DNA of 64,000 nucleotides from Puccinia triticina. Its lineage: Eukaryota. Positions 32,469 through 47,081 of the stretch are shown here, piece after piece; within the stretch, counting starts at the first letter, position 1; each line of letters begins with the position of its first letter. The notes beneath the pieces were generated by a model that saw only the letters and a program-made list of their open reading frames with translations, had not been told where the DNA came from and made no database searches. Where the stretch lies: the NCBI GenBank assembly GCA_026914245.1, contig CP110439.1, forward strand, positions 5,766,001-5,830,000. Direction: 5' to 3'. The translations under genes and the position numbers were made by a program.

Positions 32469-35400
32469 TCAACGGTCAAGAGTTACTAAAGCAATGCAAT
32501 CCTGCTTAATAGATGGTAATATTTCACCTGCCTTATACTTAATCCATGCACAGTGAGCAAGAACTTCCTGTGTATGCTTGACATACAGCGTCTCGGTTCG
32601 AAGCATCCTAAGCTCAAGTTGCAATTCAAATTTTGATTTCGGTATCCCGGCAAAAGGGTTGGAGAAGTTGCATGGCATGAGAGGTTGAATCACCAGCCAT
32701 GTGTTGGATCTGCTGGTCCCATTTCCCATGGTTCGCCAATGCTGAAATATGTCTTTGATGATTCCGTAGTGAGGCGCACAGCCGGCTTTCAAGGCAATGA
32801 CACAGTTGTTGGGATTTTCTCAAAGGGTGGAGAAGCTAACATTGTTGATCGAGCAGCTTGAAAGCTTTTCTATGCGAGGAGTCACCAGGAGGAACTTTGA
32901 AGATTTAGCTTTTCTTTTCTCTGCCCATTTGTCAGATGGGATCCACGGCGCCCCGGTGGAACAAGGGAAAAGCTTGTTGAGTCGCCTGATGAGAGCTTCT
33001 AGCGTGGTTGAGTCAAGAAATGCTTGGCGATATTTAGGGATTGTTTCAGCCTCAACAGTGATTGGATCCCGGATGGCTTGCAACTGAGGGAGGAAAGGCT
33101 TGAGCTGCTCTGGAAACTTTTCCGGTGTAGACAGCAACACCTGCAGATTACCAAGTCGGCAGAATTTATTCAGGAATGTTATTTCAAGCTGGCCTGTGCG
33201 CAAAGCTATGAGTCAGCTGCGGTTCGACGAACCATAATAAAATCAAGATAAAAACAAACCAAGATGGTTGTTATGCCCGGCCTTTAAAATCTTACCCATC
33301 AGCCGCTCCATCGAGAAAGACCACCAACCTTGCAATGGACCAAACTTATCGAGGCAATCGGCAAGATGGATTGCCATGTGGTGATTTGGGGCTAAAGTCT
33401 TGTCGGGGAAGAGGAGAAGACAACTGGCAAGATATTCCAAAGTATGATGACAATACTTCTCAACTCGCTCGGAGGTCATCGATCTCTTGAGCGCAAGGAT
33501 GACCATCGACACCAGATGAGCAAAATTGCGGAACAGGGAGCAAGCAGCTGGTCCTCCAGACGCCAAGTGAACAGGGAGGATTAGTGGCTGCTGGACGGTG
33601 AATAGGTTCCGCCATTCATCGGCTTTGAGGCTGCCAAACGAAGCTATTCCCAAGACGGGTAGCGCTTGCTCAATCCAAGTCGGGATGCAGATTCGCGGCA
33701 GAAGCTTGTTGATGAACGCCAGCGCATCCTTGTCAAATATGATTTTGCCTGCGCTGGGAGTAGTCCAGGGTCCTGAACCCCATCCTTTGGCTTCAATAAA
33801 AGGCGAGAAGGAGTTGTTGTCGCTGGATTCGATAGACCAGAACTTCATTTCATTGAAGGGCACATCGGCGGAGTCGTCACTGGAAGTTGAGCTAGTTGAG
33901 CTTGGACTTGGCAATGGAGGACAAAGGGCCAAAAGAATCGGATCAGTAACGTTGGCCCATACACCAAGGAACTCGTAATCTGGGGTTTGTTTTGGTTCAG
34001 CTTCATCAGCAACGTCTGACATGCACCAGAAGCGCTGGCAATGCCAACGCAACAACCCCAAGAGGAGGTTGTGCATTGAGTCGACGACCTGATAATTAAG
34101 GATGTCCCAGTAGGGAAGTTTGAGGAGGACGGAGTACCTCACACCGTGATCATTCAAGATCTCCCGCCGAGTCTTGAGGTCCGGAGCGTTGCGAGATTTG
34201 ATTGCCCATTCTTTGTGATCAGCTAGGTTTTGGGGAGGCCAGGTTTCTCGCTTGAGGTTTGTGATCTGATCCTTTGTCAAAAGACAGTAAGAGCACATTA
34301 GATTTGACGTGGGACCAGGAAATCCAAGAGCACGACGGAGAGCTGGCAAATCTGCGAAGAATGGGAGGATGGCGGCGCGGATGCAGCGGCCTCGAGGTTC
34401 CAGATACATCTCAGATAGTGCCAGCCCTGTGGCCCAGAGTACCTTGAGTTGTTCTATGATTGGTCGTAGCATCCAATTTATCTGCTCAAGTGATGGCTCA
34501 TGTGGTCCAGGGGCAATTCCTACGACGAATACGTTTTCAGGTTGGTATCGCAGATCTAGAGGGAGAGAATAGCAGACCATGATCATGAAAGTGATACTGG
34601 CGTGCTTCACTGAAGTCTTGTTCCCGTATGGATTGATGCCGTCCATGAAAACGCCAAAGGTGAGGTTGTCAGAGTTCTTTGTGTACTGGGTTCCATTGGG
34701 TCCAAGGAACTGTTTTCACATCTTTGAATGGTGGATGTCAGTTGCTTCATGGGAAGGGTCGAACGGATCTTGTGCTAGAGTTGCAATTTTTTCCAATGCG
34801 ACTTCGATAAGCAGCTCCGGCAGCATATGACTTTGACTAGTTTGGGATCAAGGCGGAACTGCTTGACAAGTTTGGATATCAAAAGGCAGAGTGTCAAAAG
34901 TTGAGTGGCTTGTACTTTGAATCACCGAGTCCACCAGAAGCTGTGAGGGTCATCAGTCCCTTTGCCGATTTCATAAGCCAAGACGAGGTTTTTGAGGATG
35001 TATGACTGAAAACTGAGAGCATGGCAGTTATCAGCGACATGTGCAAGACTGCTGGGTCAGAATGTCTGAGGCTGAATTGGTGGTATGGACCTGTTCAAAG
35101 AAATTAAGAACATAAGATATCAGATGAGGCTAGCGTTTGGTCTACATCAAAGGAAGAAAGATGTCGGAAGCAGAGAAAGGACAAAATGCACTCGTAGACA
35201 TCTGCTCTGGAGAGGGTTAGTTGATTGATGCTGGGTTGATTGATGTTGGATTCAAATACATTATAGCTGGATTAGTTGGGTGTGCCAGGGTTAGCAGGGT
35301 TGCTGTTGTGATCACGGTCATCATTAGAGTCCTTGTCAGAATCTAGAATTGGCAAGAAAGTGGTGAGATTAGTTTTTGGCCAGGTCCATGAGGGCAGGAG

Positions 35401-35592
35401 GGAAAAAAACACACCTTGGGCTCCAAGGAATCGCGCGGCAATTTGATTGTCAACCCTGATATGGTTGACCCTAGTTGTTGCCGAAACTACGGCGCCGGCA
35501 GTCCAGTTTCCATCCTTGTCCCAGAAGCGCTGCTGATTGCATCCGGCGCTGTGGCAACGGCAAATCACAGGGCTCGATCTTGTTTCAGACAT
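32469..35592 (-). pseudogene. EnSpm/CACTA transposase (Transposase_21/tnp2-like), multi-exon, decayed
   Basis: DGINPY, VCYSLP..RY..EN..VVGIAPGPHEPS, DLPALRRALGF, C.YC, VVDSMHNLLLG, LKADEW and HHMAIHL...FGP...W.FSMER are characteristic CACTA transposase motifs. Further exons at 32820-33203, 32469-32792 and 35272-35592. Confidence 0.88.
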
Positions 35593-35690
35593 GGGTCATT
35601 GGTGGGAGGTGTCGAGCAATAAGAGAGGGGCGGATACGTATGAGGACTAGGAGCCGGGTTGCGGAGACAGAGAAGAGTATTTAAGATTTC

Positions 35691-35753
35691 ATATTGGCGG
35701 AAGATCGGAATATATTGGCGGAAGATCGGAATATATTGGCGGAAGATCGGAAT
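35691..35753 (+). repeat. Perfect 21-bp tandem repeat x3 (ATATTGGCGGAAGATCGGAAT)
   Basis: Three exact copies, about 100 bp upstream of the transposase start. Confidence 0.9.
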
Positions 35754-36134
35754 ATTTCACCGATCATATTACATAATTACACATTTACAGTCTACATACA
35801 GTTTACGTATGTACATAAATTACCTGGAATAGCAGTTCCGCCCGGCAGGCAGATCACCCGTGAGCGGGCACGGCGGAGCAGACTTGAGAGTTTGGCCTTT
35901 TGGCCCTTGCTATTGGTGTTTGGTTGACTATCAGTAGCCGCCTCCTTGACCTCCGGCGCAGCTTCAAAAGGCAGAGAGGTCAGGGATTCAAAGCAGACAA
36001 TCCAAAGACCTTAATTCACGTCAGGCTTACTATTGGTCTCGATGTCAAAGAGCCGCCTGAGCTCTTCCTCCGTAAATGGATCACGCTCCTTGTCCGTAGC
36101 ATCCGTACAAGCCTCCGTGTGCGCTTTGTTTGAT

Positions 36135-36600
36135 CCGGTGACCACTGGCGCAGTGAATAAAGAGGTTGGAGAGTCATTAGAATGCACCAGAACAGGATTG
36201 CAGGAGAGTCAGCTTACGATCAGCGACCGCCTTGTCGGCGATCTTTGAAGGAGTATCAGCAGCCCCCTTGTCCGTAGGATCCTCAAAGGCCGCCGAAGCC
36301 TCTTTGTTCACACTGAAGGGCGCCGGCGCGGTGTTCAAACCGGTGACCGCCGGCGCAGTGCCTAAGAGAAAGGTCGGAGATTGATTAGATTACACCAGAA
36401 CAGGATCTCAGGAGAGACATCGGCTTACTATTAGCAACCGCCTCGTCCATAGGATCCTCAAAAGCCGCCGAAGCCTCTTTTTTCACACCCGTGGGCAGCG
36501 GCGCGGGGCTCGACCCAGTGACCACTGGCGCAGTGCCTAAAGCCGGTGGAGATTAGAATACATACATATAAATAGTATTAAAGTAGGCTTACCATCAGTA
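36135..36600 (-). repeat. Three ~180-200-bp degenerate tandem units, each resembling exon plus intron, in an accessory gene of element D
   Basis: GTGACC(A/G)C(T/C)GGCGCAGTG recurs near 36138, 36343 and 36518. Each copy is followed by ATTAG and CTTAC (minus-strand branch point CTAAT and donor GTAAG). Confidence 0.65.
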
Positions 36601-38159
36601 GCCTCCTCCTCCGTGACAATCATGAAGAGTCCTGCGAGCTCTTCATCGGTAAAGAGCTTATGCTTGGCGTGCTCAGAATTCGCAATGAAGAGCCCAAGCG
36701 GCGTCGACTTGAGATCTTTCAACCCGTCATCAGTGAAGAGCCCATTCAGATTTTGGTGATGGGCGGGATGGACATGGTGAATCTAAGAAAATTACCTACC
36801 CTGCGTCGCTTGATTTTGCCCGGGGGGCACATCCACAGTGGTCTTCTTGTTTGGGCACATGGAGGTGGATGGATGGGGTGAAGGATAACTGGGGGAAATG
36901 GATGTGGATGATTGGGGTGGGCGGTTTGGTGAGTTTGATGATAACCCAGATTGCTGGCAACAATGGTGACTGGACTTATAGATATCCAAAGACCTTTGTT
37001 CTTTGCTTTGATTAAGTGGTAGACTAGCTGTTGGCCGGAGTCTTGGTCTTGCATGCCGCGGAAGTGGTGCTATGTGGTGCTATGTGGGGACAAAATGATC
37101 ATTGGTCATTGGTTAGCAAAGCCCGGTCTGCTCTGCCTGTTGCCAAGCCATTCACCCGTGAGATGGATGTTGATAGCAGCACCAGCACTAACACTGCAGA
37201 TTTGGAGGAACCAAACCTGGAACAGTCCGAAGGTGAACAGCTTGAAGACACTGGAGGTGCGCAGTCCAAAGATGAAGAGTCGGATACGTCCAGAGGCAAA
37301 CAGTCCCAAGATTCCTACAGCCAGCATTCCGGTGAAAGTGAACAGTCCGAAGAGTCCGACAAAGGTCAGCAGTCCGGTGAAAGTGATCAGTCCCTTGAGA
37401 TGAGATTTTTGACGCTTTTTTTTTGCTTTCTTGCCGCATGATAGTAGACTGGCCAATGGGGGGAATCCCTTGGAGTCAGGGCTCTTAACGGAACTTTTAC
37501 CCGTCAAGAGAAGGACGCCGGGAGATCAACCAATTGTTGACAACCAGCCGGGACTGTCTGCGAGACGCTGAGTCAAGCCTGGCCAAGTCAAAAATGACCT
37601 TTCGCTTTGTGAGTGAAATTTTGATCACCGGAAGCAATGATCAGGGAGCGGCCTACTAATTCATTGGTCTAAAAATGTCTAGTGCCACCTTCTCGCCGTA
37701 GAAGCCGGTTACTCAGGCGGTTCATCCGGCGGTATGACTATCCCAAGAGGAACCCCCGGCGATCGTATCTGTTAGCCGTTTACCACCAACTTGTCGCCGA
37801 GCTGGGGATCATTGTAGTTCCGGAGTATCTTGGAAAATACTGTAAAGCTAATTGGACCAGTTAGGCGCTTTCCGGCGACGGCTGAGTGGCGTGTTTAGTT
37901 TTGTTTGGTAATGAATGTCTTGCATGGAAAGAAAAATCCAGGCTGAGTAACAACACAAGCAACATCAGTGAGAATAGAGATAATGAGGAGAAACATCAGT
38001 GAGAATATTGACATGTGAAGATAATATATGGACAGTGACAAACCATTGACAATGAAAGGTAATGAGAGAATAAAACTATTCACAAATGAAGGGAGCTATT
38101 TACATTGAAAATTGAAAAGTAGGTGTTGAGGGGCTAGACAGTTTGGGGCTATTATACTA

Positions 38160-41100
38160 TTATACCATATCATCCAAGTTCTTTGAGGCGGCCTTCAACA
38201 ATTCTTTTAATGCATTCAACTGGGGAATTTGCTGGGTCCTGATCCACTCGTCACAGTAGACGTCGTGGGATAGACCCAAGGGAGCTGGGCGGTGGCTGAT
38301 TGTTGGGTTACGTGGCCGAACTTGTAGATGGGAGGTTGCCCCGTATTCACAAGAGCCCGATTGCCGCTTTGACTCAATCAGACAATCAATAATATCAACG
38401 GCCCTACCTATCCTGGGATGGCGCCAAGGTAAATGGCTAACCAACACTTGCTTCTCTCTTTCGTCGTCAGAGTCCAGGGAATCAGGGTCCGTTTCGGGAT
38501 TGCTAGTACAGGCATTGATGACTGGAATCAGGGGGACTAGTCTTGCCTGATTGGCAAGGAATTTAACTTGGGTTTCACGCACCTGCAAAAATAACGTACA
38601 AAGTTAGTAAAGGACAAGAGAGGAGAGAGACAAGGCAAGAGTGAGTGAGGCAGTGGAGCTACTTACTCGTTTGGTTCTTGCTTGTCGACGTTTGGTTACA
38701 GCCCGCTTGTCTAGCCGTTGGGGATCCCAAGCTGCCTCGCGATATGTTCTTTGCAATTGTTTGGCATGGTTCATGATTGCCTGGTGGATTTTTTGCTCTG
38801 AGCAATTCTTGAGATCAATTTCCCGGTACTCCTGCGCGTGGACTAGCTTGATGAAAATACTATGCGCCAGGTCCCAGAGGAATAAGTTGTTGACATCACA
38901 AGGGCCCCGTGAAAAGTCAGGCCGGAATGATACTACACCACACCGGCGCATAGAGCGCCACATGATCCTGAGCGCGGTTGCCGATGCTTTCTCATGGCCT
39001 GGGCCATTGGGGTATGGAAACCCAGGGTCGGCGTCATCATGGCCCGAATAGTCGCTGGCGGGGCTACCCACGCTTTGCTCATCATCATCTGGGAAGTCAT
39101 TTTCCGGATCCCGCCTCCAGTTGGCTTTCTCGCGGTCAGTCGCCGGGGGAGGGAACTGGTTCAGAGCCATAGTCTTACCAAATAGGGTCTTCACATGGGT
39201 GCGTACTCGAGACTGCATGTAAGAAGTAGTCAGTAATTTGTTCAGTTCAGATAAGGAAAACAGAATCTACTTACCAAGAGAGTGAGGTCTTGAGGCGCTG
39301 AATGGCGGGTTGGAGGAATCTGAGCTGGACTGATGCTTGGCGCAAGGGTCTTGGCCTCAAGACAATCGGCGAGACGACCGGTCACTTGGGTAAACTCAGA
39401 CAGGAAATCTGCACCTAGGCAAGCACAACCAGGTCCGCGGGGGGAGGGCTGGCGCAGGCACAGGGGCCAGTTCTGGGTTGATTGCGATTGGGCGGGGGTG
39501 ATGATCTTGGTGGAGGCAACAGGTCTCAAGGCAGTGAGCTCCTCCAGTTCCCAACCCTATCAATTGATGAAGGGTGTGGATCGGGTACAAACAAGTCTTT
39601 GTCATGGATCGAAGGACAGATCACGAGGCTGTTGCGGCGATGTCTCTCTGCGCTTTGTCTTTGCCGATGAACATGCACATTATTAGGGATACAGCCAACA
39701 CGCGGAGGATCTTGTTGTTTGGTCTTGGGACGTTCGGGGCTGGGTGAAGGATGATCAGGCTGCTGCCTTTTTGTGCTGCAAGCCACAAGCAAATTGGCAT
39801 CCAATTCGTACTGAGCCGGATCATGTCTCACGTTCAGTGAGGTGGAAGGTTCAGGGGCATGCGCAGGTTCCTGCTGTACAAGCTTGTCCTCGCGGTAGGT
39901 AGTCTGTCGTTGTCTATGGCTTTGAGAGATTGAAATTTGACGGCAATTAGGAAGCGAGTCATCAGAATCCTCAGGACGACCCCGAGTTTGTTTCGCAACG
40001 GCGGGGGGGCAACCCTGAGGTCGTTTTGCAACGGCGGGGGGACGACCCTGAGGTCGTTTCGCCACGGCGGAGCTACGTGAGTCATCCGCTGGTTGTTTCC
40101 TCTTCCTGGAAGCACCAGGGTTGGGCCGGTCTGCTACTTCCTGCGGGACGAACTGCGGAACCTGCTCTTCATCGTGAATGGACAGGTGCACAGTGTAGCT
40201 GCTGAGTCAATGTGACCGTGATTTACCTGGTTTAAAGCGACGGGAAGTGGAGGCCTGGGGATGAACGAAGGAAGCAGGATCGTCGGGAGCGGGGCAAGAC
40301 CTTTTCGCATTGAATGGGTTTGGGGAATGATCAGCCTCGCACCTCTTCTTTGAACCGTCAGGAATAGCCGCCACAAAATTGAAGTCCTCGCCTCTGCCTT
40401 GATGGGTTGAGGATGCAAGAGTGCGCCTGCAACTTTTTTTGGGCTGTCTCCTTTGTTTCTTGGAAGACTGGGTTGTACTTGTCTTCTTGGCTCTCTTCTG
40501 TCTGCCTCTCTCATCAGGGAAACTCGACTTTCTGGTTGAGCGGGTCGAACGGATTGAACGGGTTGAAGGGGTCAAAGGTGCACCAATTGATGTAGGCAAT
40601 GACTGAGCGGACGCCAGTGATGGTCGATAGTTGGAAGAAGAGGCCGCTGAGAGGGGGGAGATAGGGGGACTAGGCCGTGCTGGCGCATATACAAACCCAG
40701 CATCTTTATCATTGCTACTGTCCTCCACTCTGGTTCTCATTCGCCTATGGCGGGGGGTGCTGGATGGAGGCGGATCCCCAGCAGGTGATTTGGGGCACTT
40801 GGATGACCGTTCTTGGTCCTGCAGACTGGAACGTAGGACGTTGTAGCTTGTGACCATCCGGGCCATCCAAAAGGTTTTGCTGTGCCTTACACCATAGTGA
40901 TCTAAATACTCTTCAATCTCTGTGCAAGTAAGATCCAAAGGTTCTGCAGAAAATTGTAGTCAGAAATTGCCATCTGAGAGGGAAAAACCCAAACAAAAAA
41001 CTCACCCAGCCACTGCAAGGGGGGTTCGGACTTGCGCTTCCAAGATGGTACCGGCGGTCTGGACGCGGGTCGATCTCCATCCTGGTAGGAGGCACGGCGA

Positions 41101-42298
41101 TGTGGCGAGTGTTCTTGTTGCGATTCAACTGGTACAGATTCCTGGGTGATGGGTTCTCCAAGATCTGTTTGGTCGTCTTGGTCTTCTTGGGTCGAGTCGG
41201 GTTCCCCTCCAGCATGCGGAGTAATCCCCGTGCTCCGGATGCTTCCAAGTGGCGGGCCGGCATTTTGGACTCTTTGGATGTTTCACGGTCAGATGGCACT
41301 GGATTTGAACCGGTAGGGGAGTCTAGAACCCCGGGCTGGGAATCTGGCGGGGGAGTGGCATTGATAGGAGACTGAGCCAAATTGTCCAAAGTAGCGACGG
41401 AGGTTTGCCCAGAGGGAAAGTCGGTGGCCGTGGACTCCAAAGCGGATGAGCTTGTGGCTTGCGTGGGCATCTCCTCCAAGGTGGCGACGGAGGTTTGCCT
41501 GGAGGCAGGATCCTCCCAAACGGTATCGGCGCTTGAATGACTGCCGCTGTCATCCAAAGTGGCAACGGAGGTTTGCCTGGAGGAAAAGTCGGGGGCGGTG
41601 GACTCCGAAGCTGATGAGCTTGTGGCTTGCGTGGGCATCTTCACTCGGGCGGACGGCAAGTCACTATCATTGTCAGATTCCTCCTTGATGTCGGGTAGGG
41701 AGCTCTGAGCTTTCCCTCCGGTTGATTGAGACGTTTGAGATGGGGAGCGCGCTTCTCGGGCTGCCCTCAGGCGAGGGGATTGCCGGACGGAGTACCCACC
41801 TGAGGAACTGGACGCTCGAGATGTGGAGGACCGCGTGGAAGGACTAGTGGTTTGAGACGACGAGGGCCCAGCGGAAGACTTGGGGGTTTGTGATGTTTCC
41901 ACTTGTTGGTTGTACAGCAAAAAAAATTTGCCCTTTCTTGTTTGAATCTTGGTGGGCCTGACTCTTCCTACGTGGGTAGGACGGGCATCTTTGCTCGGAA
42001 TGTTTGAGTTTGTCGATGGCGGTGGGGGGGACGATTCTCGTGGGGGATCTTGAGAGCATGGTTGGCGTTCTGTGTCACCGGGATTACACTTGCGTTTGTT
42101 GGGTCTGTTGGGCAAGGGATTCTTGGCGGGAACAGAGGTTCTTCGGGCGTGGCCACTTGGATCGAGGCGCCTGGCAAGTGTATTGTACAGCTGTACCAAA
42201 TGCCTCCGACTGGCTTGCGCTGGGTACTCCACCGCGTAAAGAGCCAAAATAATTTTCAATTTGGGAACTTGATGAGTTAGATCATGATGAAAATGCAA
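38160..42298 (-). CDS. Multi-exon accessory gene(s) of element D (Ser/Pro/Arg-rich N-part, conserved-looking helical C-part with LPWR motif); probably decayed
   Basis: Same-strand ORFs 40913-42298, 40207-40938, 39526-40191, 39242-39529, 38604-39218 and 38160-38588, separated by intron-like segments (minus-strand GTAAG donors). Internal coding repeats at 41385-41640 and 39980-40070. Confidence 0.55.
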
Positions 42299-43772
42299 CG
42301 ATGGGCAAACTACTTACCTTGCCATGTCGGTTCATTGGTTGGGCGCTTCATGATCACGCAAATGAGGAATTTATTAATCGGTTCAAGGGCAGTATTTGGG
42401 GTAAAACAAGCGAGCAAAGATTGAAGGGATAAGATTCAAGTAGTATATCTATTGGGTGGTGGGGTAAGAAAGCGGGCAAAGATTCAAGTAGTAAATAAAT
42501 GGGTAAGGGTTCAGACGGGTTGTTGGCTCCAAGTCCGATGTAAGCGGGGAAAAGAGGGATTGTTGGCTGTGATCGAAATGCGCAAGCAAACAGAAATAAC
42601 AGCTCCAAGCTGTATAATTAAGCGCAAACGTAGTAAACCAAAAAGCACCAGGCTATTATCAGTGATTTGAGTCGGGTGAGGATATCAGCGTCAAGCTGTG
42701 TGAAGAGGACAATAGCGCAGGGGAGATGTGGACAAAGAAACAGGACAAGACCAAAGTATTTACTTGCCTGCAAATCGTCCGAGAAAAGATCCATGGCCGT
42801 CTGAGAAACCACAAAGTCGGAAAAGTTGAAAGGGAAAGCGGGCCCACGTGGCCAGAATTGTTGGAATCATCGATTGTCCTCGCCAAGGCCAGTCTACCGT
42901 TTTCGTTGTCTTTCTTCTTTGAGGCCTTTGAAACCATACTTGCGTTCGATCGGATCCTGGAAGGCTGGCGGCTGGTGGTGGCTGGTCGCACAAGACAAAG
43001 ACAAACAAGCGGATTTTACAGTGGTCACATATGTAAGGTTCAGATTTTCAAACGGTCACACCTGACTCCACTGAAAGTAAATATGTAAATACATACATAG
43101 TTGTGAGTGGTATGCATGCGTGATCGGCCGCATTTGAGTTATGACGTATCATCGATTATCATCAATAGGACTTTCTATGTTTATCTAAAATGTCAAGGAC
43201 TTTCTAGCTTCTTTATCTAAATAAATAGAAAGGAAAGCGGGAAAACTACTTCGGGTCATGTTTACGCTGACCTCCAAGCCAGCCAATCATCAAAGGATTC
43301 AAACGGTCTCCTCAGCAATTCTATCACCGGCGCAAGGCAGGTTATATTTACGTACGCTGACCTCCAAACGTCTCTCTCTCAAGATTCTAGCTCCCACTCA
43401 TAAGAAAAAGGAAAGCCAAACTAACTTCAGGTTGTATATACGCTGACCGCCAAACAAGCCAGCAAAACATCAATGGCCCGCCATGGTCTTCTCGGCCTTA
43501 TCTCTCCAAAGCTGATTCTAGCTCCAAAGGGCAGGTTATACGTACGCTGACCTCTGACCTCCAAACAATCCAGCCCATCATCAAAGGACCGCAACGGTCT
43601 TCTTGTCCGTCTCCAAGTCCCTGAATGCGAGCTCTTGAAGTCCAGACCTATCCCGCCGTCCAGCCTCCGAGTCCAAGTCTGCATCCAGCTGTCCACCTTC
43701 CAAGTCCGCGTTTTTTCACCACACCACCCCCATTTGCTTTGTCTCCGCCATCCACGCCGCAGCCCAATAACC

Positions 43773-46700
43773 ATGACAAAGCCCAAGCCCAAGAAGCGCC
43801 AACCTCCCGCCCCATCCACAGAATTTGACCCCTACAATCGTAGAAACCGTCGAAGTGACCTTGTAGCATTCATCACAATGGTCAACCCCGATCATGTACT
43901 TCCATCAAAACTCAAGATTGATCCCATACGCAACATTGCCAACGACTACGTGGCTATGCTTAGTAAGTTATTTATTTTCTCACTCCAGGGTTTTCCACAC
44001 CTAAACATTTGGTTCTTTCCTGGCTCCAGAATCTCGTCAAGCGGAGGAGCCCCCTGAATCACCAAACTCATCTCTCACTTCGATGGAAAGCACGCTGTTG
44101 TCGGTAAGATCGCCCAACCGGCCAGCAAGGTCACCTGGCCGTTTGGCCCCGAGAATCCCTGACACGCCCTCTCCACCCCCAATAAAAGATCCTCCGCCGC
44201 AGCCAAAATCAGCCTGACCGCCGGCAAGGAAAGCTTGATCCCCCGCCATCCCCAGCTAGACCATCGGCCAGGGCTGCTCCAGTGAGGTCTGCTGCTAGAT
44301 CACCGGCAAGAACTCCGTCAAAAACATCCAAGCGCATCAATCTCAGCGTGTCTGTCTCACCGTCTCCTCAGCGCGGCAGATCCCAAAAAGGAAATTCCAA
44401 GCCCCAGCTGGTCTCGCCTTCTCCCCAAGCCTCTACTTGTGGACGATCCCTGGCAACTTGCAGACGATCCCCGGCAACTCGCGGACAATCCCCAGCAAGA
44501 CCATCAAAGCGTAAAACCTCCCCCAGGCAATCTTATTCTCAAAATCGATCCCGATCACCCGCTCCCCAACGGGTCCATTCTCGAAGTTGGTTGCCCAACA
44601 AAAAATCACGAGTTCAATCAATGATTCCCACAATCAAACGGCAAGTGACGTTTGCAAGATCCCAGCCCACAAGATACAACGATGATGGAACCTTTGAAGA
44701 ATCCTTGCATGACGATTCATCATCATTATCCAAAGAATTATCCCAAGAATCGTCACAATCAAACAACATGTCCGACTTTCAGTCCAGCGTGTCTGAGTCA
44801 AACAACAACAGGGCCTCCTGGAAGGGCAAAGCAACCGCCAACTGTCAGTCCAGCGTGTCTGAGTCGGACAACGACAGAGCCTCCAGGAAAGGCAAAGCGA
44901 CCGCTAAAGGAAAGAGGAAGCCCCCCCAGAAGCGCGCTACGACTAAGGTAACTCACGGCCGGCCCCGCAGTCAAACAAAGTTAAAATCTGCGCTCAATGT
45001 TAAAAAAGTAAGCTACTTATGTTTCTTTGTTTCTTTTCATCTCTAACATAGCGGTACTGACCTTTTTTTTCTCCCTAAAAGCCAAAAAAGAAGACCAACA
45101 GGGAACGCATTGAAGAAATTGTATCTACCGTCAACGAGCGTTATAAGGATCAACCTCGGTATATCACACGTTCTGGCCAAGTCCCATCACCGTCCTCGTT
45201 TGATTACCCTGCTCCGAACCACTATCAGCGCCCCCCTGATGACCTCTGCTACGCCAAAGAGGGACGACAGGACCCAAATTCTTATTCCCGGCCAAAGATT
45301 TCACCTTTCTTGCAGCTACTGCCGGACGGTAATAATTGATCAGAGCAAGATCTCCCGCCATCAAATCCATATAACCCGTGTCCCAAGCGCCGGAGGTACG
45401 TTCAACTCCAGGCAGGAAACCAATTCTATACCACCCCGGGTCTTAATCAACCAGGTGATCAAGATCGGTCTCATGAATGGCGTTTTACCCCCGCCCCAGT
45501 TCCGTTCTGTTCCTCTCCTGCGGAAACCCAACGCCGTAATTCGGACTGCTACCAGCCCAATTCCCTGGCAGTGTCAGCTTCCTACTCCTACCAGCCAAAT
45601 TCCTACTCCTTCTAGTCCAATTCCCCGGCCCAGCCTAATGTAGCGCCAACCTACGGTTATCAGTCTAATGTAGCACCTTCCTACGGATATCCGACTGACA
45701 ATCCTGCCAACACATTCCAGTCCAATTCAACCCCGGCTTTTAATGGATACAAACCCTTGTTGACACATTTTGATCATACTCCTCAGAGATTTGAAGTGAG
45801 TGATACATCACACTTGAGATTCTCTTCTATTCACACTAACGGCCTTGTTTGACCTCTGCGCCTAGACCGCAGGAGCCACAGGCAGCCAAAAGCAAGGGGC
45901 GTCAAGTGGCCCAAAGCCTTTCAACTACTCACAGTATTGGAATCCCGTTACCCAATCATATCTCACGTTGACTCAACCCAGCAATCAGGCGCCAATATCG
46001 GCTCCACCAAAAGATTCAAGCTGCACATTCAACTTCTCTTGTCCATCCAGTAACCAGGAAACCGCGCCGGCCCCTACTCAAGAAAAGCGGCTGCCGCCAC
46101 CACCACCCAGTAGATTGGGCCAGTCAGTCTTGGCTCCTCATCCCAGTCTCATCGCAGCGCCGCCGCCATCAAGTCAATTCTCAGCGCCGACACCTCAGTT
46201 TGCAGGGCTCTCACCTGCGCCGCCACCGCTATCCAGTCAATTTGGCCAGTCAGTGACGACAGCTCAATGTAGTCTCTTCGCCCAGTCCGCGGCACCACCC
46301 GTGCAGCCACCAATATCAAGTCAATTCGGCCAGTCAGCGTCAACAGCTCAGCCTAAACCTAGTCTCTACGCCCATTCTGCGGCACCACCCCCGCCACCGC
46401 CATCCTGTCAATTCGGCCAGTCAGCGCCAGCAGCTCAGCCCAGTCATTTTGGCCATTTCTCGCAGCCGAGTCAGTTCAGTATGAACTCACAGCTCAGTCT
46501 GTCCGGTCAGTCCTCACTGTTGACTGCCACTCCCTTCAAGCCAACAATTGCCCAGCCCACCACAAATAACCCATTCATGCCGCCGAGTGCCTCGACTTCC
46601 TTCTGGGATCCAAAGGCAATACCACCACCTCAAGTCAGCCTTGGCATCCAATCCCGCCCTGGTCCCAGCCCAGTCTGCCATAAAGACAAAGGCGACTCTT

Positions 46701-47081
46701 TTTCCCCAGCCACAGCAACCCAACCCCGTCCCTCTTTTTCCTGCGCCTCAGCAGCCTCATTGGGGTGAGGGTAAACAGGCTGAAAGTAAGTCTGCTCAAA
46801 GAGCAGGATTGCAAGCCTATCAATGCAACTTTCCTTCTCCACCCACTTCCCCCACATTCATTGCTCCTCAAGATTCCAACGTTGATGATTTATTGGCCAC
46901 TGTTTCCCGCCTTAATATCATTTGTCCGATTGTTCCAATTCGTCGAAAAAATGAGAAAACCACAGTTCGCTTCGCTGACAATCATTCCTTATTGACTCAT
47001 GCGCATCAAATACTAGCCAACTTTCTTGGCAACAATGAAGATTTGCAGACAATTGATCCGCAGCTCCTTTCCAATCCTCCT
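43773..47081 (+). pseudogene. Second accessory gene of element D (Ser/Pro/Gln-rich, multi-exon), interrupted by element E; continues at 55659-56000
   Basis: ORFs 43635-44057, 44282-45046, 45968-46768 and 46548-47099. The reading DPQLLSNPP joins HSVSNKAATT across the CCT TSD of element E. Confidence 0.55.
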
